Assembly (NCBI GenBank): GCA_951406725.2
Contig: OX597817.1
Coordinates: 106,764,001 to 106,828,000 of the forward strand
DNA from: Octopus vulgaris
Taxonomy: Eukaryota
DNA: 64,000 nt
Direction of reading: 5' to 3'
A program made the position numbers and the translations under genes. The notes under the pieces are model-generated. The model was not told the origin of the DNA. It searched no databases and worked only from the letters and a program-made list of their open reading frames with translations. This document shows, piece by piece, positions 54,401 through 64,000 of this stretch. Position 1 is the first letter of the stretch. Every line of letters begins with the position of its first letter.

Positions 54401-57400
54401 ATCAAAATGTGAGATGAGTTTTCTCATGAATCACTTAAAAAAAACTCACCAAAGAAGGGGTACCTACAACTCAACTCTTTAGCAGGTTAAACTATGTGTT
54501 TATAGACATAATAGGATAGCATTGTCTTTCAAATTACTAATTTTCCCATTTCTCTTTAGATGACATCATCAGATGAGTTGTTTTTCAGGTATTACATCTA
54601 AGGCTATGTTATATAATGTGTTTTTTTCCGAGACTTGGAGGGGTATGATTTTGAGGGAAATTTGACTGCTACTTCATGCAGATCAAGCAACTTCACAGAC
54701 ACTTACCACTCATTAGCTTTTTTTTTTTAATTATACATATATGTTTTTATACACAGTTAATTGCTGCTCTTTAGCTCGAGGCATCCCTGATTAAAGAGAC
54801 TGCATTATCCAATGTGTCCCCCTTTTAAGACACTAAGTTGTAGTTTCAGGAAAATTTGGTAGCTATTTCTAGCTGGTCAAGTAACTACAAAGAGGCTACA
54901 TCACTGACTCATATTCAAAGTTGCTTTTGGTGTAATCAATTCCAGATAGCAGATTGTATTGCAAAGATCCTCTAAATATAGTTTTAAAAAGGTGTACATC
55001 ATAACGCTAATTTCAATATACCTTTACACATGTCAGAGCCAAACACCAAATCAAGCTTCTTTGAACAAACTTATGATCAAAATTGTTTCAGCTGAGACCA
55101 TCCTGTCGTTTTTTAGACAGTTTATACCAAACTACATTGTCTAATGTATACTTCAAGTTTTTTAAGTCAGTATATTGCTATTTCTAGCTAGTTGAAAAAC
55201 CACATCCAAGCTTCTTTGGCTCATATAATGCTTGTTAGAATGTATGTGAAAATGGATAATTAATGGCATGAAAATGGCCCACACTGATCAAGCTATTTAT
55301 TCCACCTGCAGAACAGGTTATTAATTAGCTGTCCATCTTCTGCAATAAAAGCTGTAAGCAAAAATATTCAGCTTGTTGTCATGGAATCTCAGAATAAAAA
55401 TTAACCAAACAATTTGAAGCTACATAATAGCTGTCAACTGTTGCTATGAAAACACTTTAAAATGGTTGGTGATGATTGTTCAGCCCAAGGTAAAACCTCA
55501 ACCAATTAATGATCAAAGGAATTGCAGCAGTGACCATCCTTTTTTTTCTCTCTATTTTTATTATTTTTCAGATAGTGTAGCAGGGACTATATTATCCAGT
55601 GTGTCCTTTCCTTTTCTAAGATTTTGAAGGCAAACTGACTGATATTTCTAGCAATTTGAGCAATCTCACTGACACTGCTTCGTTGGTGGTTGTTATGCTA
55701 GTGTGGCTTATGACAGAGGTGATGATGTTGGTGATAGAAAATAAAGAATAAAAAAAAAAAGAACCACAGTAGCTAAATGCAAAATGAACCAAGAATGTAA
55801 TTTTTCAAATGTTTAGAAAAAAATTGTTGTTAAAGAGTTGTAGTTAGTGTATGAACAACTTTAATGAGAGTGCATGATTAAGAACTGAGTGAAATATTTC
55901 ACAAATCAGGCAATGACTCAAAAAATATAAACCAGAGTTGGAATCATTAAAGCACTGAACAAATGTTTTATGGTATTTAGTAACAGCCCTTAATGTTCTG
56001 AGTTCAAAATCTGTGTAAGACAGCTTTACCTTTCATCCTTCCTGGCTCAAAGTACTAGTCAAGTACTGGGGTAGATTTGATCAACCATTTCTAAAGTTAA
56101 CAATTAATGCATTTAATGAGACTAAGAGAGAGGGTTAAGATTGCACCTAGAAAGTTCCCCCACAAGGCACAAGTCTAGGCAAGGTCATTTGTGGAAGAGC
56201 AACAGTCATGTATGCATACTAGTCTCCCCTCTCCACAACACTAATGTTGTCCAAGTGTAAGGCAAAAGTGGATACAGTTTTGCACCAGTGACATCACAAA
56301 TCATTACTACAGCTGAGTAAACTGGACCAATGTGAAATAAAGTACCTTGTTCAAGAACACAACTGTCTGGTCCTGGAAGTGAACTCACAACCTCCTGATT
56401 GTAAGTCCAATGCTCTAACCACTGAGCCACACACCTTCACTAATGTATTTAATAAGATTAGCATTAACTTAATTATATGATGAAAAAAAAACACTAATCA
56501 ATCACTAATACTTTTTCTGTTTTCTGGCAAGTGCAGGAGACTCCTTTGGACTCATTTTGGTCTTACATGGTTAATAAATAAACTATCAGTCTAATGCAGT
56601 GGAATCATTGTGTTCAGAGTTCAAATCCCACTGTAGAATACTGAGGTGGTAGACTTAATATGTCATCTAAGGCAGTCATAAGTAAACTGCAGCCCACAGG
56701 ACTTTCTGAATGGCATGTCAATGAAAATTGGCCTTGGTATATATTTTTTTTGTTTGTAGTGAGGCCTACTTCTAGAAAAAGGTTGTCCATGCTTGACCTA
56801 GAGTGACACCACCACTTGACACCTTGGGTGCAAGCATTCAGGCTAGGTGTCTGGTTTAATGATACTTTTCTTCTTCCTACCAGGCTCAGAAAACTTAAAG
56901 CAGTGTTTCTCAATCTATTTTAATCCAGGTCCCACATTAACTTTCCAGAAAAATGCATGCCCTATTGGTCGTTGGGAAAATACATAGGTGTAATATGTTT
57001 GCTGTGAAAAGAAAGATTTTCACAATTCAATATCCCACAAAAAAAAAAACAAATCCACCATCCCACTCCAAAGGGTCATGAGAAGAGCAAAGCTTTCATT
57101 TATTAAAGTAGTGATGAGAGTGATTTAGTGGTTCAGTCCCCCTGCATGGTACCTTGGGTCAGTATCTTCTACAATAGCCCTGGATCAACCAATGCTTTAT
57201 GAATTTAGTAGAAAAAACTGTGTGGAGACCATTGGTTCCACAAAAGGGACCAATAGAATAAGTACCAGACTAAAAAATAAGTTCTGGGGTCAATTTGTTC
57301 AACTAAAAGGTGGTGCCCCAGAGTGGTCTCAGTCCAATGACAATAAATAGAAATAAATAAAATATGTATGTGTGTGTCTTTGTGTTTGTCCCCCCTACAC

Positions 57401-60400
57401 ACACACTTGAAATCAATGTTGGTTTGTTTACACCCCCATAATTGAACAGCTCAGCAAAAGAGATTGATAGAATAAGTACCAGACTTAAAAATTAAGTACT
57501 GATGTTTTACTTGAATAAACCCATAAAGGCAGTGCCCCTGCATGGTCACAGTCCTATGATGGAAACAAATAAAAGATAAGATTTGTTGGCATAGGAAAAT
57601 AGATTTATTTTGAAAAAAGTTTATTGTTGTTCAACTAAAATGCTTTAGAACTGACAGATTAACTGAGAGTGAACATGGTCAAGAATTTATTGATATTAGA
57701 AGAAAGCATAACTATAAGAAAGCAAAGTAAGACTGAAATTTCATTGAAATTCTAACAAAACCAATTTTATCAAAGATTGTGACTTTATAACAACTTCACT
57801 GGAGATGAATAATAGAAAACATTAGATGAGATGCTTTATTGAATCTGGTTTAGTGTCCATTTAACTTGACAGATTGACATAGTATTTCACCCCTCTAGAA
57901 CCAATGAAATAAATACCAGTAAATCCTAAAGTTGATTCAGTTGTAACCTTTGTATGTAGATGGCAAAATGTATACAAGAGCCAATTAAATTAGTATAAAT
58001 TTAATTAGGCACAAAAGCAATTGTACAATAACATAACTGACCTTGTACCTAGTTAAAAGAAATCAGTATGACTCCCACTAAGATTTAATATGAATTCCAT
58101 TACACAAGTGAAGTACAAAAGTTAAATAAAATACTTTATTCTGTTTGCATTAGTGTATTAAGGTTAAAAGTGAATATCAATCTGACTTGGTAATAGACAG
58201 GTTGATGAATTGTAAAGTCACTACTTTTAAGGAAAACTTTGAATGGTTGTCAACCTTACTAATAAAGACATCACTTAACCATAATGTGCAGAAATTAAAT
58301 ATTAAAAAAATACATTTCTTTTTCTTTCTCTTTTCTTAAAGGAATAGTTTGACAATCATGTCACTAAATGAATACTGAACCAGTAAATCATCTCATCCAA
58401 CATTCTTCTTGTTTTAGTTATCTTCAGGAAAATGGTTATAAATCACAAACTTTGATTAAAGTGGTTTTGTAAGAAATTTAATGAAATAAAATTTGTTTGA
58501 TTCACAGTTTCAAACAAATTTAATTATTTGACATGAAAGTATTAAGATTTCAAAGTAAGCAAAATTCTTCGCAATAAAATTACAGAGTTATTTCATTGAA
58601 AAGCAATACTACAAAGTGCTGCTACAACAGAATTAATTACAATGTTAAACATCCAAACTTTGAAGTATATTTTCACAGAAAAAAACTTACCCAGCTACTT
58701 TAGATTATATTAGAACAAGTATATATCTAATGGCTGCATGATTAAGAAATTTGCTTTGCAATCACATGATTTCCAGTTCCATCCCATCGTGTGACACCTT
58801 AGCAAGTCTCTTCTACTGGTCTTGAGTTGACTAATGCCTTGTGAGTGAAATTAGTATGAAAGCCTGTTGTATACGCATGTGTGTGCTTGCATGTGTATTA
58901 GTATATGAATGCCTTTGGATCAACACTGCTTTGGTTGTGACATTATGTCTCCTGTAAAACATACAGCAGCAGTTCAATATGTGAAGACTAGAGTAGAGTA
59001 TCTTATATATGCATGTACAGTGATACTTTTAACACAGTACACTTGAGTGTAAGAAGATCTTTCACAGTGGAAATAGTCTCATCAGAAGACTCTCGTCATA
59101 GATAACACACGTTTCAATACTTTGTGCTATGAATGACACCATCAGATCATGCATGCATGTGTTTTTGAGGAGTTACATGTCATCAGCCATAAATACCAAA
59201 CAATTTCTCACAGCTCTATAAAAACAGTTGTTCTCATGAAAAATAAGGGCTGATATGAAAAAGAGACTTGACCATAGAATACCATCTCCAGAACTCTTCT
59301 TCAGCAAATGACAGCATGGGAAAGTGGATGTAAGTGATGATGATGTCTAGTCTTTTTCATATAGCACTACCTTTACTCCTTCAGATAGAGAGATTGTTAA
59401 GTGACCTGCTGTGACTCCTTTAATTGTACCATTTTACATTTGCAATGTCAGTATACTGGAGATAAGAACAGTGGTGATAGAGTTTCCATGTTTCCATCAT
59501 ATGTAGGATCTGGCTAAGTAAGGTTTGTGAAGTTGTTTAGAATGAATGAGTATCACAACTTTGTTCACTGAACTGGATTTGAATAAAAGTTTTCAAATCT
59601 GGTTCTCATTTAATTAGCTTTCTGAAAGGCACTCTTCATAGGAAAAATGAAAAGGAAATCTCCTAAGCCTTTTTTGTTGTCTAGCACTTATCTCCAGTTT
59701 CTCGTCATAAAGTGGATGAGATAAATTTTCTGGAAAGTACAATCAGTTTACTTAGCCAACATTTCTAAACAAACTAGAACAGCTGGGTAAACTAAAATGC
59801 ATAAAATTAGGTGCAATGACCAAATATTAGTAGTGGAATTGCACTCAGTACTTAGGCTAGTAATTCAATATAAAAATCACTCAACTTCCTTAGGCACTAG
59901 TGCTAGTCTATCTCAAGATTTTAATTCAGCACTAATCATTTTAATGTCAATTTTTTTATGCTTGCATGGGTCAAACAGTGTTCATTCAGGCAGACTTTTA
60001 TAACCAAATGCCCTTCCTGTTGCCAACCCTTAACTGTTTCCAAGCAAGGTAATATTTCCTTATGGTCAGAAAATGTTTTTGCATAGTACTGGAAATGAAT
60101 GACATTCATTTTACAATATTATGTGATATCAAAGCAAGGTGACAGATAGACAGACACACACACATGCATAATGGGCTTCTTTTTAGTTTCCATCTAAAAA
60201 ATCCATCCATAAGACTTTGGTTAGCCTGGAGCTAAAGATTCTTTCCCAAGATGCCAAGCAATAGGACTGAACCCAAAACCATGTGGTTGAGAAGCAAACT
60301 TTACCACACAGCCACGCCTGTGCCTACTTATAATAATGGATTGCACCTCGCCCTTAGCACCAGATTACTACATTAGGTTGCATTTCTCTCTTGTGATACC

Positions 60401-62697
60401 AGCAAGCAGTCAGGTAGACTGAGATGCCCATTGGAAGTTAATTATCTTTATCAGGGCTCCAATACAGTATTACAGATACAACACAGTATCAGTGGCAGGA
60501 TATAAACCCTCGAAATTTGAAGCTGACAGGATGACAGTTTAACGAGTCAGCCAACTGCAACACTCATCAATATCATAAAAACTACTAATTGGTTCTATGT
60601 GAAAGCCAAACAGTAGAAATGCTTATCAAAATCTAAATTGAATAATATCCTGTCATTCTGCAATGTTCCCCCTCCAAAAGAGAGAAAAAAAAGACAAAAT
60701 ATATTTCCTTTCTCACAGAATTCTCATTTGTTTTAATGGTTATACTGTGTTCCCATTATACTAGCAACCCAAACTACTTATGTCAAAATATAGAAGGCAT
60801 ATTTTCTATAAACATGCATTATCGGATACATCAATCTAAGAAAGTTAGAGGTAGGCTCATCTGGTTCCCTGACAAGAACAAGTAGTAATGATAGTTAAAA
60901 ACTATCATCAGCTTTTCTTTTTATACTCTTTATTAATCATTTTGTAACCAAATTGCTAATAAAATACATTTCAGTTAATTTCAAAAATAATAAAGAACTA
61001 TTTAGAATTTAGTACAATAACTTCTTTCCATTATTAAGCTAGTGTTTGGAACAACAGTACTTGTATATAATTATGATGGAATGTTCTATCTAAATACAAA
61101 CACTTTAAACCAAGAAGTTTTATATGACAAAACCAGGGCCATGTCAAATAGATTAGTTTCTTAAGGGTTAAACATTTCTTGAGTAATTCTTGTACTGACA
61201 TCTTTACACCACTAACATCTACACAAGCTTTTTCTATAATAAGATTTTGTTAGTCAGTAATTTTGATAAATGTTCAGAACATAATTAAGTGGAATGAAAC
61301 AAGGTACTGACATGACACATCATATCACATTAAAGCATTTTCCCCAACTATAAAATACTTACACTATAACCTAAGCATGGCATACATTTAATTAATGTTA
61401 CAAACACACTGCTTTGTAGATATACCATACATACTGTTGCTAAACATACAGTACATTGAGCCTCAACAGGGTTGCTTGAATTGTGAGAAATAACAGCCAA
61501 ATCATCTTCAGATCAAAACCAACCTTCTTACAATAAAAAATACATTGGGCAATGTAATCACAATGATACAGTGATGAGCTAATCAGGGATAGAACTCCTT
61601 TCATCATAATCTGGTTACCTAATCGTGGCTTACCTAGATCTAAATAGCACCACATACATTACAGTCACAGATAGCAGCTATTAGTTATAACATCACAATT
61701 CATAGACTGAAGGAAATGATACAAACTTATCAATAATAAAACTGAGCAACACAACTTTCTAAAACAAATAATTGACATTTCAGTATTCAAGAATGTTGCA
61801 GAGTACTATAAGGTGTACAGGAGTGAACTTAAGTGTCTGTTATGTACCCAAATTTTGTGACAGTTGAGATGAGAGCCATATGTTTCAGAGGGGCCAACCC
61901 AGGTGTTACTTGTTTCATGATTACCAAACCAAGTGCTACATGTTCCAAGGCTACCAAGCTGGGTACCATAGGTTTCATGTTGAGTGCCATATATTTCAAA
62001 GTTGCTTAATGTTTTGACATTACTAAGTTGAGTATCTTATCTATACTCCTCCAACATCAAATTCATAATTTAATATCTACTTTTCCATGCTTGCATGGAT
62101 TGAACAGAATTGGTTGAGGCAGATCCCCTACAGATGGATACCCTTCCTGTTGCAAACCCTCATCTGTTTCCAAGTATGGCAACATTCCCCATGACCAGAC
62201 ATGTTTTCACAAAAGATTGAAAATAAAGAACGCAACTTGCATGATGGTGACATTCATTTACAACTATCACACACACACACATATATTTTCTTTCAACATG
62301 TTTTAACAATTGTTAATGAAACTGAAGTTGTGTGAAGTAGTAGTAATGGTTTTAATGAATGTATTTATGTGATGTATGCATGGGTGTGTGTTGTGTCTTA
62401 ATATATATATTGAAACAAAGACAGGAAAATTTGGTATATTTTGAATTCCATATTACACATGTTTCATTATAGGATGGGAGTTAAAACATATATTCATGCG
62501 GAAAACATGAGACACAATTCTCAGACAAAGATTTGACATGGCTGTGTGGTAAGAAGCTTGCTTCTCAATTATATGGTTCTGGGTTCAATCCCACTGCATG
62601 GCACCTTGGGCAAATGTCTTCTACTATAGACTCAGGCCGACCAAAGCCTTGTGAATAGATTTGGTAGACAGAAACTGAAAGAAGTCTGCCATGTGTG

Positions 62698-62756
<59 letters not shown>

Positions 62757-63430
62757 AAACTAACATTTGTTTTTTATAAATGACGAAAATGTGTATTGTA
62801 TGACACAAATTAAATGAGCTTTTTTTTTAATGCAGAAAGGCTGTTAGAACAGCAGAAATCTTGGGTAAATTATCCTTACAAAGTAGAAAAAATTGTTAAC
62901 AGAGAGACATGTATATATCTATGCATATGTGTTTTTGTGTTTGTGTTTGTCCCCCACCATCGCTTGACAACTGCTGTTGGTGTGTTTATGTCCCTGTAAC
63001 TTTTGGCAAAAGAGACAGACAGAACAGATAGCAGACTTTTAAATAAATAAGTCCTGAGTTGATTTGTTCAATTAAAAACCCTTCAAGGTGATGCCCCCAG
63101 TATGGTCTCAGTCAAATGACCAAAACAAGTAAAAGGTAAGATATATAAATCCGTCCCTCACAGTAAAAGTGTTAAAGCCACATCTGGTAAAGAGGATTGG
63201 CTTGCAAGAGTCCTGTACTAGTGTCGCATTAAAAGCACCCAGCACGTACTATTAAATGACTGGCACTCGGATGAGCATTCAGCTGTAGAAACCAAGCCAA
63301 ATCAGACTGGAATCTCATGCAGCTCTCTGGCTTGCCAGTTCTGGTTAAACCGTCCAACCTATACCAGCATGGAAAATGGATGTTAAAGGATGATGGCAGT
63401 GTGTATGTGTATATATGTATATATATATTA

Positions 63431-63920
63431 CATGGAAAGTGCAAGAATGAAAAGTAATATTCTTAAGATTATAAACCTGGAAAAGAACAGGACAAGTTAT
63501 TACACCTGTAAAAGTATAGGACAGGCTATTACTTCTAGTAAAGTAAAGAATAAGAAACTTTTTACTTAAAATATTGCAGCAAAGAATGCCAGTTCTAATT
63601 TATCAGTCATTAATGGTTTTCATCTTTTAAATTTATTGTTCAAAACCGTTCAGCTAATTTGTAAGTTTGTCTAATTAGTCACTTTTTTCTGTATTAAAGG
63701 TAGTAAATTAGCCAAATTCTACTTAAATAAGTATAGTGTTATTTGTAAACTATAATAAAATAAGTTTTAATATTCAAATTTTAATTTTAGCTGCAATATT
63801 TTAAGTAAAAAGTTTCTTATTCTTTACTTTACTAGAATAGCTTGTCCTATACTTTTACAGGTTTATAATCTTTTCATGCTCGCATTTTTATATTACTTTT
63901 CATGCTCACATTTTACCATG
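63431..63920. mobile_element. MITE with long TIRs and TA target duplication
   Basis: TA-catgg...ccatg-TA; perfect 48-bp inverted core at 63533-63580 / 63790-63837 within imperfect arms of roughly 130-150 bp. Confidence 0.88.
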
Positions 63921-64000
63921 TAGTCCATGATTTTACCAGGCATAAGATAATTAATAATGTGTCAATTAATAATTTAAGATTTCACCTTATAAAATACTGA

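Noticed and set aside
54450-54463. 14-nt ag...gtgagt mini-exon candidate on the minus strand
   Set aside because: Not frame-preserving, weak acceptor, no homology support.

Overview
AT-rich animal genomic DNA. The repeat landscape (tRNA-headed SINEs with internal microsatellites, RTE LINE/SINE tails ending in (GAT)n, TTAA- and TA-MITEs, long (TA)n tracts) suggests an octopus or other cephalopod; this is an inference. The only host gene I can support is a minus-strand prominin (CD133/PROM1-like) gene. Fifteen GT-AG exons between 38785 and 5779 splice with fully consistent phases into one open frame of about 537 codons: end of the N-terminal ectodomain, TM1, Cys-rich loop, TM2, large loop 1, TM3, TM4 and the start of loop 2. 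The signal-peptide exon and the 3' exons were not found in the window. The rest is intron filled with decayed RTE, CR1, Tc1 and mariner elements, MITEs and SINEs, and most ORFs in the track are spurious. I found no new multi-gene system. The best leads are: two candidate in-frame microexons (9 and 15 nt); an identical 145-bp inverted retroelement pair flanking a symmetric exon; two retro-tail hairpins with inverted flank duplications; and a minimal hammerhead-ribozyme-like motif. Repeat boundaries are approximate and were judged by eye.
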